DNA of 60,949 nucleotides, counting the filler, from Dimargaris cristalligena (lineage: Eukaryota): assembly GCA_003614675.1 (NCBI GenBank). It is 2 parts of 2 records of this genome, joined end to end, with 100 filler letters (N's around TTAATTAATTAA, not from the genome) between each part and the next. Parts side by side here need not be neighbours in the genome. Positions count along the whole stretch, not along the records: positions 30,534 to 60,949 come from ML002459.1; 1 more part is not named here. The stretch is one strand, 5' to 3'. The notes beneath the pieces are model-generated. The model was given only the letters and a program-made list of their open reading frames with translations. It was not told where the DNA came from and searched no databases. The position numbers were made by a program, and so were the translations under genes. Shown here one piece after another: positions 37,222 to 49,662 of this stretch; the first letter of the stretch is position 1, and the number at the start of each line of letters is the position of its first letter.

Positions 37222-40200
37222 TAATAAAATAGCAGTGCGAACTACTTTACCATGTATATCTTACGTAATTATCGCACTGGTAATACTGGTCTCCTGGATT
37301 GACCTGCCGAACCTTGGGCTGTCGTAATGAATTATTCAGTGGTGGTTCACCGAGTGTTCCGTCGAATACCGAGCGATTCTGATCAGCACCCCATCCCAGG
37401 TAACCCATTAAGTTGCCCAAAACTCAAACCAAGGTCCCGCCCGGGCATCCACTTCCTGCTATCTGTTTCTCAGTATATATATAGATGTATATACCCTAAT
37501 GAGTACCATTAGAACCAACCATGTATGTCCGACGTTTGCACACTCTCATTTTATATATTTACCCTCTTCCATTGCTCCACGATTAGGCGTCGTCGTACAA
37601 ATCGACACCCCTACTCAAGACTAATAGAGCCCTGGTAGACTGGCGTCCCTTGTTGAGTAGACTGCTATCCAACGAAGTCTAGTGTGGTTAGCTATTGTTC
37701 CAGTTGGTAGAATCTTTGCAAATAGGTAATTGAATGATTAGACTGATCCTGAATGGGGTTAGCAAGAATGAGAGTTGTGTACGACATGGCCATTCACAGC
37801 GAATAGTTAAAATATAAATGAATCTACTAGATTAGAGTTTGCACGTACATTTCGTTTGAATTTTTGAGCTGTATAGCCACGTCCTCGTATACTACTCTAT
37901 AAAAAATAGTATACGAAGAGAAGGAAACAAGGGGTCTGTTAAAATGGGTGGGTACCAAAGCCTGGCAGGCGGGTCAGTCACCTGAATGATAAATGGGCTT
38001 AGGTTTATTATTATCCTTGATAACTCAATTTCCAACGGCAATTCAGTTTTGCGGGCCGCTGTTATATAGTGGATGTCGAATGTTGCACAATTCACACTCA
38101 CTTGGGATTTTTTGATACGCCTTACGACGTTTATCCAGGGGCAACTCATTGATGACAATATGTATAGCATTTTTTATTGTATACTTAGGTTACACTATTT
38201 TCAGTATTGTAATCCTACGTCTACTTCCTCGTTGCGAAATTGAAATATCGTCTGACAAGAAATATTTATAACGTTAATATCCTTGGCCACATCCGCTGCT
38301 GTTTCTAAACCTGCCGGCTAGCTTTTTCACCCCCGCATTGGGCATAGCAGCTCAATATCAGGTAGCTCCGTCTACACCACTTTTATCTTGTAGATTGGGG
38401 TTATTTACTCTAACCCTTCATTACCTAAATCCTGCTAGAATATCATTGCCTGAGGAACTGGGGAATCTGCTCTGGCCGTGTCAGCCAATGAGGAAGTACG
38501 GTTAGACGCTTCCTTCGCTTAGCCGAATATCTTCTTTATTTCTATTCAGAAATCTTGTGCTGGGAAAAAATCAACTTTCTCTGGTTGTCGGGTCATCCGG
38601 AGTCCTGCATTTCCCGCCTCTTCATTATGAGGCTATTCTCTTGTTCAGCAGTGGCGCTCTTTGGACGAGGGGCTCCACCGATTAGTCGCCGCCTCCAAAA
38701 CGCCATTGTATTCCATTTTGTTAATGGCAGTTTATCAGTCACCGGGATCCAGCGAATCCGGTTCTTCCCGAAGGGATACTACTGCCAGCTCCTGGTCCGA
38801 TGTTCACATGTGTAGGCCCAGCGATGGCCATGAAGTTAAAGTCGAAATTGGCTAAAGTTGAGCGACCGCCCTGAATTCATTAATGTGTACTTATTCCAAC
38901 AGATGAAACACGCCCTGGCTATGCTTCCAATCTACTGAATTATTCCTTAAAAATTATTCGATCGCCTGTTTGTTTATAGCCCAATGTTTAATAATGGATT
39001 ATCCGGAAATTTAGTGCAACCATATGGTTATAGTGATCATTTTTATCAACCCATTGAGGTCTATATAATACCATTTCTAACAATTGATGGCAATAATCCC
39101 ATTTAAAAACCCCATATTACCCACGACAACCAATGACTGTGTTCCCATCCCTGTCAATAAATTATTTTTTCTGACTACCACAATATGCCCGTTTTTAGTT
39201 ATCATCGACGCTATTCTTGGATCAAAATGAATTGCGGTGGCTGCCAATATATCCTTTTTACGGGGGGTTTGGCGTTTTAGGCCATTGGTTCGGCAAAGCT
39301 GTTCCTTAGAACCAATATCAAATAAGTAATGTCCTTCTCCTTCGTCCTCAAAACAATTAAGCCCGGCTGGGTTTGTCGGTACTGCGACCAGAGGCTACAC
39401 TAAAATACTACTTAAGCCACAAATAGGAAGAACCAGTGGTTGCTAAACAAATACATCGGTCTTGCTTTAAAGCTCAACCAATTGTATTGAGAATAGCCCA
39501 TTGAGTGCAATACATACCCGTTTCTCGGTATTATTAGATAATAGAGTGTCCATGGGTTGGTTGCTAATGACCAACGGCATAACAAGTTCCATGGCTGCCC
39601 CTCCAGCCAAATACCCACATACTCAGCCATTGCTGGACTGCCCCTAGCTGTAAATGCTGTAAACCTGGAGAAGTCCGGCTTCCGAATGCTTTCTTTGTTA
39701 TCCCCCAAATATACGGAACCTGATGTGATTTGCAGATCCCCTTGAAAACAAACGTACCCATTATGTTGTAAATGGTACATATTTAGCCGGATTAGCACTG
39801 AATACCCCGTAAACCCATTTTAGGCCTATCTAGAAGCAAAATGCCACACTATACCTGGTGTGTAGGTCCTGGTGCCACGGAAGCGGATTCTGGCTGTCCG
39901 ACTGAGAGCCAAATTGATGGTTGGTATCGGAAATCGAACAAACATCAGAGTGTTATATTTTTTTCATGACAGGTCCCGCTGTCCTCTTTGTACGTGGGTA
40001 GAAAAATGTCTTCCAAAAGCAAAAAAGTATGAAGAAAAACAACAACCAGTTGGCTACCACCGTTTGATAGGACGCACATTACTCATTGCGAAAGGATACA
40101 CCGGGTTTGCTGTCAGTCGCATCCTTCAGCGGAGGCTGAATAAGGCTTTAGCTGGTACCCGCGGTCTAGTCGAAATTAACTGAGACGGCTGCTGATTGGC

Positions 40201-42202
40201 TTTATGATTGCGAATGGTAACATATAGCAGTGGCTAGGGCCAACAATCCTGTTTATTGCTAACTGATCTTCAACCCGGCCATTCATTCCAATGGTCATTG
40301 TTAGACTCCATTAAGTAATATTGCAAGACATGTCTACTAGACTGTTTGGCTTATTTTTTTTTGGATCACTATGTGACTGAGGTATTCTATGATATTTTTG
40401 GCTTATTCCAATTAATGCAGAGACATGGGTCAGGCAACACTAAGGCGATATTTGTCATTCGCGACTTATGTCTTCTGTCCATCCCCTAATTTATTGCTTC
40501 AGGTTAGGGCATGGCGATGGATAAGGATATATACACGTGTAATAGATATTAAGAAAGAAAAGGTGGCAGTCAACATGCGGCAACGAAAGGGGACGGTGGG
40601 AGTAAATGTGGAACGAATAGGTAGTCGATCATGATTAATAGTGGCTATAAGTACACTGAGGGCAATAGGGCCAATAGTATGTCGATCTGTTTCGAAAGTA
40701 TTGCTCTACATAACTCAGGCTTGGGAACAATGGAGCCTAGAAGTATATTTATTCCACAGTAATAAAAATGGTTAAATGTCTGAATACTAACAATGGGCCT
40801 CTAGTTGTATTGAATGCGCCGTTTGACTTGGCCTGAGAAAAAAGTTATAAGGCCCATGGCGCTGGTCAAGTATGTGGTTTAATATAGCTCAGTGTGACAC
40901 AGACCTGTCCCATGTCAAACCGGCCTTCTTTATGCATACGTGTCAGGATCCAGCGTGGTAAATAACCCCTATCCCTCTTTATATTTTGGGAAAGGTGATC
41001 AGGTGTTTCGGGGGCAACTGTGAGCGAACATTGGGGAGGCAACTAAATCTGTAGTTTAATTGCGTAGCTCTATGCCTAGACCGTCAAAGTCGAATCTTGG
41101 CGCTTGGAAAGAGGCCGGAAGACACCGGTGTTCATCCGGAGACTTCCATTCCTAGGGTTAGATTGTGGACATGGACATCGTTAGTCCATTTGTATTTTAT
41201 ACATCCATCAGTTGTCGTTCGTAGCAGCTCCTCGACAAGACCAGGAGGAGAAAAAAGATAAGTCGGGTTTATCGATAACTACAGAATAATATGTAAATGA
41301 GGTGTCCCGGTATTGTTGTTTTGGTATACCGAGGGTTCTAAAGAATAATTGGAAGACTGGTGTCAAAAGGGAATAGGGTATGGGCCCCTATCCTAGAAAT
41401 AAAATACCCTCTAATGCCGTGCCTACTAAGCCAATAGTGGGAACTGTGGATAATGTGGGTTCAGCCAGGCCCCACATGAAAGCTACTGGGTATACACAGG
41501 CGGAGGTTGAAACAGTTCGATAGCACCGCTGTGGCAACCCTGGCCAGTAGCCCACACACTGGAGTGGCCTCTTATGTATTCACCAATGATTATAATTTTG
41601 CATTGGCGCTCCACGCAGACTCCGAGTGAGGCCAATCATATTCCCATGGCCATCATAACTTTGGAGTTACCCTAGCCAGTCGTTGATCCTTATTAATGGC
41701 ATCAACGGTTCAAGTGTTTCGGTTCTGGTCTACTGACTCTATTCTAGAGAATGTAAATCTGAAAAACGAGTGGATCAGTACGGCTTAACCGTATCGACGC
41801 CTTTTATTAAGGCCAAATTCAGCAGGTTATCAATCTCAGTGCCAGGAACCTGCTGCCAGTTGTAGAATAAAGCCAGTGCCTGGGTAATCCAAGTCAGTGA
41901 GGGAAGGGGGCTGTCATTTGTGATTGGGTCGCTCCACCGTTAGTATTGGTCTGATCCTGCCTAATCTGACCAGCAGCAATACATGTCCCCCGTATTCTTC
42001 TTCGAGGATTTGGATATGTTAGGTTCAGCAGCATCAAAGAGCCAGCCGGAGTCACCATGGGTATAAGTAGCCCCATGTCCCTCTCTAGCTGTCCATTATC
42101 CGCCTAAGTGATCCTGCAGCGACACCGACCGCATTGTTACGTTCATTCCCCATTCCCAAACTATACTTTATAACTCCACCACATTTCCTTAATTTACCCA
42201 CC

Positions 42203-44135
42203 ATGTACAAGTGCCTGGCTCACTCCCTACTGGTCCTGGCCGCCGCCAGCGTCTCCACTTATGCCGCACCCCAAAACATCGCCATTATTGGTAAGCTATG
42301 CCCTGAAAATAATCGTTTGACAGATATATTAATAGCTGACTATCATTTATCTATCAGTACGCCAAAACCATCCTGGGCCAGCGTAGTCTGGTGGTTTTTG
42401 CCCCACACCTCTATTTCCCCATAGTAATTCCTTTAATTTGACCTATATTGTTCTCATGGCGTCCTGCTCTTATTTCCGCATGATGTAGGTGGTGGTGCCT
42501 CGGGTACTTCTGCTGCCTATTGGATTCAGAAGGAGATGCAGAGTGTGGCTGAGCCGCCTAAGATCACGCTATACGAAAAGAACAACCGCCTAGGCGGCCG
42601 CGTGTATTCGATGCCCATCCCCGGTCTCAACATGTTCGTTGAGGCGGGTGCCTCCATCTTCGTTGATGTTAACCAAAACATGATGCAGTTTGCTGACCAA
42701 TTTGGCCTAAGCAAAGCCGATTCGGATACCGCAGGCTTGTCCAACCCCGCCATGGGGGTTTGGAATGGTACGAGCTTCACGTACATCCGCACGGGCAATA
42801 ATACCATCGACAACGCTGAGGCCGTCTCTCGCTTCGGCCTGTATACCATGGGACAGGTTAGTTGATTTTTGTATACTTGATTATATATCGCATGTTCGCT
42901 TAGTACATAGTGATGCTCTAGGTTAGGTCGGAGGGTATTACCATCACTTCCACTGGTCCTATACCGTGCTAAATTTGACCACTAGAAGAACATTGGTATA
43001 CTATCCCTTGATCCTGTAATTAACCCATCGTGTACCCGATTCGGTTTGACCCTTTGGCACATTTTCCCTTGATCATGCCTAGTTGAACACCTTTTTGCAA
43101 GGTTACCTGCAGCCATTCATGGGTATCTACGGCATCAGCTCCATTTACGAGTCGGTTCAGGGTCTGCTCTCCACCCTGGGCCTGAGCAGCTCCACCACCC
43201 AGACCGGCCGGGAATCCATGAACGCCATCGCTAACTTGAATGAAGACTATCTGGCCAACGTGGTTGAAATCGGTTGCCGAGTCAACTACGGCCAGGGTCT
43301 GGAGGAGCTCCACTCGATGGGTATGGCCATCAGCATGATCACCAGTGCTGCCAAGATCTACCAGATTGGAACCGGTAACCAGCGCATTTTTGAGAAGCTG
43401 GCCCAGGCCAGTGAAGCCACCATCAAGCTCAACACCGCCGTGACCACCATCACCAAGATTACCGGCGTGGGTGGCGGTGTTCAGTACACCGTGGCCACCA
43501 GCGGTAGCAGCGCCGTGGCCACTTTTGACGCCGTGGTCATGGCGTCGCCGCCCAACACCTACACCGATGCCCCCATTGTCTGGAACAACATCAATGCCAA
43601 CTCGTACTTCAAGACCCTGGCCCCCGTTGTGGACTACAAGACCGTTCACGTGACCTTCGTCGTGGGTCGTGTCAACCCCAGCGCCTTCTTCAACATGCCC
43701 TTCCCCAGCATGGGCCTGCTCCCCATCAGCATCTACACCCCGCAGTCGGCCGTCTCCCGGGTCCCCTTCACCTCGCTGTCGATTAACCGCGTGCTCACTA
43801 CCTCCGAGACCTTTGATATCTGCAGTGCCATCAGCGGTACCCCCTCGGATGTCGACCCCTATGCCATCCATACCGTGACCAAGCTCTTCTCCCCCACCGC
43901 CTTGACCAACGCCCAGCTGAACCAGTTCTATAGCTTCCGTCTCTGGACTTACAAGACGAGCTTCCAGGCCTACCCCGAGCTGGTGAGCCGCGCCCCTGAA
44001 GACTTCCCCCCCTTCACCGTTGACGAGAACCTCTACTTCCCCAACGCCTTTGAGCCTTTCGTCTCCACCATGGAAACCTCCATCGTTTCTTCCAAAAACA
44101 TTGCCAAGCTGGTTGCCCGCGATCTGGCTGCCTAG
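42203..44135 (+). CDS. Prenylcysteine oxidase/lyase family flavoprotein, secretory pathway (exons 42203-42290, 42489-42856, 43083-44135)
   Basis: Signal peptide, IAIIG|GGASG FAD motif, YEK..RLGGR, VEAGASIF..N, RVNYGQ, GN..IF, NAFEPFVSTMET. Confidence 0.88.
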
Positions 44136-44613
44136 TGGGATCGGTGAAACCCGAATTGAATAGAATCATTCGTTTAGTTTATGCGCTTTTTTAATTTTTA
44201 TTTTTTAATGGTAGTTTAAATTAGAGCATGGAGGGTGTATATGTGCGTGTGTGTCTAGAGTCTTTAGTGGTGACATGGCGCCGTGAAACTGTCAACATGA
44301 GGTAATTTCTCTGGTTGATTTGCAATCGCAACCTTTATCCCTGACTACATCTCGTTTTTGCACAGCATTTTATACCCTCCTATATAAGAAATATTATAAT
44401 TATTTAGTACCGACTATATCCCGACATCTTTTGTTATTCACCTACTACTGCCTTTCGTAATGGTACTGATCCCTAATTTATTGGCAATCTCATAAAATTA
44501 ATAAATCTAACGAGAAATTCCAATCAACTCTTTCTGTAGTGAAGCCACCTCTGCAGTTTATCGTAGGGGATACTCCTAGCAATCACTAGTGACCCTTTTA
44601 CTAGGAATCATAT

Positions 44614-44892
44614 GGGAGAGGTTCAATAAGACTGTATAATGAAGTACCTGTCGCATGAGGTAAATATTCCCTGATAGCAATGAATCCCTCCCATATGTGC
44701 CCCCTATTCATACCATCTGGGTGAAAATCGGCCCAGCTGTATAAGATTTTGAATGATAGGTGTACAGGATAATAGACGGGGTATCAATTTTTAACAAGTA
44801 ATATTCGCCTCATCCAACGGATTTTTCGCCATACAGCCTGGTTAAATATTTACCATCTATAGCCTCATATATAGCTGGGTCGAATTTCACTC
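44614..44892 (-). mobile_element. MITE copy 3 (reverse orientation, ~139 bp), split by nested copy 4
   Basis: Collinear with the reverse complement of 22381-22516 once 44719-44858 is removed; ATAT flanks at 44610-44613 and 44893-44896. Confidence 0.72.
44719..44854 (+). mobile_element. 136-bp MITE copy 4, nested, TSD ATCT
   Basis: Collinear with copies 1 and 2; ATCT at 44715-44718 and 44855-44858. Confidence 0.8.
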
Positions 44893-45310
44893 ATATGGTA
44901 GGAGGACGCTTAAAGTGGGACTGTGAAGGCTGTTTGACATATAGCAATACTACGGATATTTACATATAAGGGCGAATTTACTAGTAATGAGGGATAGCGC
45001 GCCTTCGGTGATTGGATTCCCGCGCCACCTCATTAAAATCAGGCCTTTCTCTCCCTTCACCAGCAAATATAATCAAATTGACAGAGTATTTAATAAAATA
45101 TTAGAAGCGGGCAAGTGACCCACATGGTACCAGAAACTTGATAAAGAATGCATTTAAGCAAAATCGATACATGATTTAAGAAATAATTGAAGGCAAATGA
45201 ATATGGACAAAGAAAAGAAATATCCAATGTGAAGAGCCGAACCGAGATTGAACGATCAATAGTGAGAGCCAGGTGATGCCTATATACGCGGTATGTCAGT
45301 TGGGCGATAG

Positions 45311-48300
45311 TTACTCGGCCGTCTGCTCTGACTGCTGCTGCTGCTGCTGGGTAGAAGGCAACGGTGGCGGGGGAGGCGCGTCCATAGAGTCATGGGCCTC
45401 CATGGCCTTCATCTTGTTAGTAATCATTCGGGCCAAGAGGGCACTGAGGCCGCCCTCCTGAATAATGGATGAGTCGCTATCGTAGCCATAGTCAAAGCCC
45501 GGGTCAACGCCCTGCGGCTCGACGGGTATTCCAAAGGCCGCATCCGCTGTCTTTTTGACTTCGAAGGTGGAGTCCATCGGTGCGGGAATGCTGGTGCTGG
45601 TAGCGGCCGCAGTGGTTAAACGGGCGTCACGGTAGTTGGTACCATTATAGGCCTCAAGGCTAGAATCGGCACCAGCACCCTGGTCCTCGTCGTCACTGCT
45701 AAAGGCAGATGACGACGAATCGTCCCAGTCCTTCTCCAGACTGTTGGTAAAGGCCTGGCCCCAGGATGGCTGCGACTCGGTGGCGGCGTAAGCCGAGGGC
45801 TCTTGAGAATAGGCCACTGCTTCCGGTGCCACGGTTTCTGTTTCCGGGGCAGTGGTCACATTAAGGGCATTACTGGTATAGTCCGTCGATTGAGGTTGGT
45901 ATTGATCATAGGAGTAGTCGTATGCCTCATGCGACTCAGCGGGGGCTGCTGGCTCGTACGAGTGCGTAGTAGGCTCCGCCGCGGGCTCTGCAGAGGTCTC
46001 TTGGTGGGCATAGGACCATGATTCGCTTTCCTGGGTAGGGGTGGACCGCTCAGCCGGGCCAGGTTCGGCTGCGACAGGCTCCGTGGCAAAAATGTTATCG
46101 AATGCATCCGTAGATGGGGCCTCCGAAGTCGGCGCCACAGAGGCAGGTATTTTTGCAGGGGTGGAAGCCTGGTAGTAGGGATTCGTGGCACTAAATGGGG
46201 AGTTGGCTGCAGGGGCCTGGGCAGCGGGCTGGTTAAAGCGTTCACGGGCTTTACGAATACGGTCCTGCACCTCGCGGTCAGCGGCTTCCCGAATTTGTCT
46301 ATCCCGGTCCTCAGCAGACGGGCCGGTTTCCTGATACTGCGGGGTAGGTTCAGCATGGGGTTCCGATCGGGGTGTTTCTTGTACGGGGTAGGCGGCAGGA
46401 GGCGGCGTTGGGGTATAGGGTACAGGTTCACGCTTCCCGGGCGATCCCAGCCCGAGGGCGCGGTCGAATCGGGCGGCCAAGTCAGCCGTGGAGGTGGGTT
46501 TGTAGCTGGTCGAGGAGGGGGCCGGGGAATGTACACTCAGCGGGCTGCTGCAGGCAGCAGTGGTATTGCTTCTGGCGGGTAGCGGGTGCTGCTGTTCGAG
46601 TTCCTCCACAAGTAGACGAACCTCCTCGGACTTAATGCCCACAGAACCCTGCCACATTTCGCGGGCGGTACGCTCGCCCTTGTAGGTCCGAATCAGGCGC
46701 TCCAGGGTGGTCGTGTCGGGCCAGGCCATCGAACTGGCATCAAGACGCTGCTGGCGCTCCTGTTGGTTCATGTAATCACGCCACTGACGCAGGGTGGCCT
46801 CGATTTGGGTAAAACGCCCTTCAATACGTGCACGCTCCTGCTCTACCTCGGGATTGCCCGAGCGACTCTGGGGAGAAGCCGGAGAAGCGGTACTAGATCC
46901 ATAACTTTTACCTGTAATACTCTGCATTCTTTCGGCCAGCAAGGCGGCCGCCCGCTGTGAGATCGCATCCTGACGGGAACTAGGGCTTCCTAGTGCGGAC
47001 GCAGTCGGGGTACGATCAGCGCCGGCCCGTTTGCTAAGCTCTTCAATCTGACCAGCGAGAGTGCGGCCCTCGGCCAATCGGGTGGGAAGCAGGTAAATCA
47101 AGTCCTGTAGGTCGCGTTGTAGGCGTTTACGCTCTTCTAAGGCCGATACTAAGTCGTCACCAACCTGGTCACGGTGGGCTGCTATGGCCATACCATCGGG
47201 TTCCGCCAGGAGAGCGCTGTGGGCGCTTCTAATCTTGGACTTAAGTTCAGCAATTCGGTGACCCGCAGCTCCTCTAGTGGTGCTACTGCTCCCGGAGCGG
47301 CCCTGGGCCCGTTCTTTAAGGGCATCCAGTACAATTCGCTTCTCTTTGATTTTCTTACGGAGTGCCTCCAGATCAGCGGCGGTCAGGGCCCGGGCAGGAT
47401 TCTGGGCATTGAATCTGGACTTGTAGCGGCTCTTGGACACATACGCTGGCGTATCATCCTGGTCCTTAAACCGCCGGGAGGAGGACGCAGCACTCTCGCT
47501 GGAAGGGGCGTTGGATGCAGAGCGAGTGAATTCGGTGGCCCCTAGCGCCGAATAGGCACTGGCCAGCACGGGGTCCGACTCCAGTAAGAATGAAGGGGCC
47601 AGGTGGTTGGGTCCACCGCCGGGCTGGACCTTTTTGGTCACCACATCGGTAAGAATCGAGTCCTTCAGGGCACTTACGCTATCCGATAGATCCCGAGTCG
47701 ATTTGGGAAGCAAGGTGTCCGGCAATTGGCCGGGAAGCTCTACCCCGGATAGCTTTTTGAAAATGAGGTGCATGGCCACGGCAAACTCATCGATATTTAG
47801 TTTGCCGTGGTTGTGCACATCAGCCAGAGACCATACTCTCATCAGGTCACGCTGATTGAGCCCGGATTGCGAGAATACCTCGCGGGCCTGTTGACCAGAC
47901 AAAAACTGGGTTCCGTCCTTGTCCCATTGCCGGAAGATTTGGTTGTACTTTTGGCGTTCGGCAGTGGTTATCACCCAGTGGGAGTTGGCCGTGTCATGGC
48001 CAATTGCGGGAGCCGGACCAGGGGTAGTCGTGTGGGGGACGCCCCGGGGGACCAGGCCGGTGGAATAGCTTGGCTGAGGGGGGCCATACTGAGACAAGGG
48101 TGCAACATTGTAGGATGGCATCATGGCTCCGTTCTGGGGGGCTTGGGCAATCGGTGCCGCTGGGACGAGTGCGTTGTAATGGGAGGCGGTAAACATTTGT
48201 TGAAGCGTACGATTAGCTGCCTGAATCTCCGAGCGGACATTGTCGGGTAAAGTGGTCGGCATGGGCTTACCACTCAACTTGGTCTGGGTTAGAAACATGG

Positions 48301-48958
48301 CCAAGGCGAACTCGGGAAAACTGAGTGTCCCCTGATGATCAATGTCACTTAGATCCCTATAGACGCGCGGAAGAGCCGCCCGGTACGCCGTAATAATATT
48401 ATCAAGGCCCAGTCAAGCAACGATTAATTAGTTTGAGAAGGGGAGAATGGGGGGGAGACGGTGGTATATATAGGCAACGGGCTCTACTGCCAGTACTTAT
48501 GAGCCCATCGTAGCACATTCTTAAATAAAATAAGGTAACTTACCATAAATCGGCAAGGGCTGAGCTAGGTAGACCTGATTGGGTCAACACATTTCGAACA
48601 GCAGCACCTAATGTCATGCCGTACCGATACCAAAATATCGAGGAGTGATAAGTACATCGATAGGGGCAATATCTACAAGTTAGCAAAGGGTCACATATTT
48701 TACGGTTCCCGGGTACAACGCATAAACGTCATATGCAGCTGATACCCCCTACTTGGGTCAGGCGGGTTATTGGCAGCTTATGCAGTCTAGGTCTCACACT
48801 AGCTCGGGTCGTTTGAGAGGCCGTAATAGCGAGATGGAGGAGGGCTACTTACCACTGATGCGGTCTTGAAGAGAGCTGACATTCTGCTTGAAGATGCCCT
48901 CGAAGCGGGTTAGGTCAGCCGGGGTGATGAACGAAATTTGGATAGTTGAGGCGGACAT
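45311..48958 (-). CDS. PAN1: Pan1-like EH-domain endocytic scaffold (exons 48958-48853, 48607-48544, 48356-45311)
   Basis: EH1 ISFITPADLTRFEGIF..GAAVRNVLTQSGL..LWDLSD..FPEFALAMFL; EH2 WVIT..YNQIF..QSGL..VWSLAD..DEFAVAMHL; coiled coil; C-terminal poly-Pro. Confidence 0.82.
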
Positions 48959-49662
48959 GGACTTGAGGGCCAACGAATGGGGGAATTCTGTTACTGTGGG
49001 GGGAAAAGATATATTTTACGGAATAAACCCAAAACGACAAAAGAGTAAAGGCAAGGGGGTCTCTGGTCAGATGGTTCAGAAAGCTTTAAGGGTTTGCGTC
49101 AGACGGTCCTTCGAGGGATGAAACCAGGTGGTGTTGCCGGGCGGAGGGGAGGTGAGGCAGGGCGCTTTATCATACGAGTCCCACTTGGTTCCAAAAGCTG
49201 GGCTGTGCAGCACAGCCGTATGACTGGATTTGTAACTCCACCTGCCACTGTGTATTGGGCTCCCATTGGGAGCGGCGCTTGCGGATAGCTATGCAACCAT
49301 TAGGGGCGTTTAAGCTCCATAGGGATCGCCAAACAATCTGAATATTGACACATTCCAGTGCCTTTGATTTTGCTCTCTGATCCACTCCATCCACTCTTAC
49401 ACTGTTACTTGTTGTGCCTAAACTATCAAGTGCACCGGGACACTTATCGCATACCATTCCCATTCCTCCACGTTAACTTACGCGTCACTTCCCCGTTTTC
49501 TACCCATCTATATCCAAGTCCCGTCTCCTTCAATCCAGCTTCGTCGTTATTCCTTCCCGAAACCCATGCTACCCAGAGTTCCCCCGCCTAAACGCTGCCA
49601 GTGTAAAGCTTAATTCTTAATTGTGCACCGGACTCCCGTCTCCTCCGCCTTGCGTGTTCGAG

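Noticed and set aside
37300-42100. Many short ORFs in the long intergenic region
   Set aside because: No motifs, coherent splice structure or codon bias identified.
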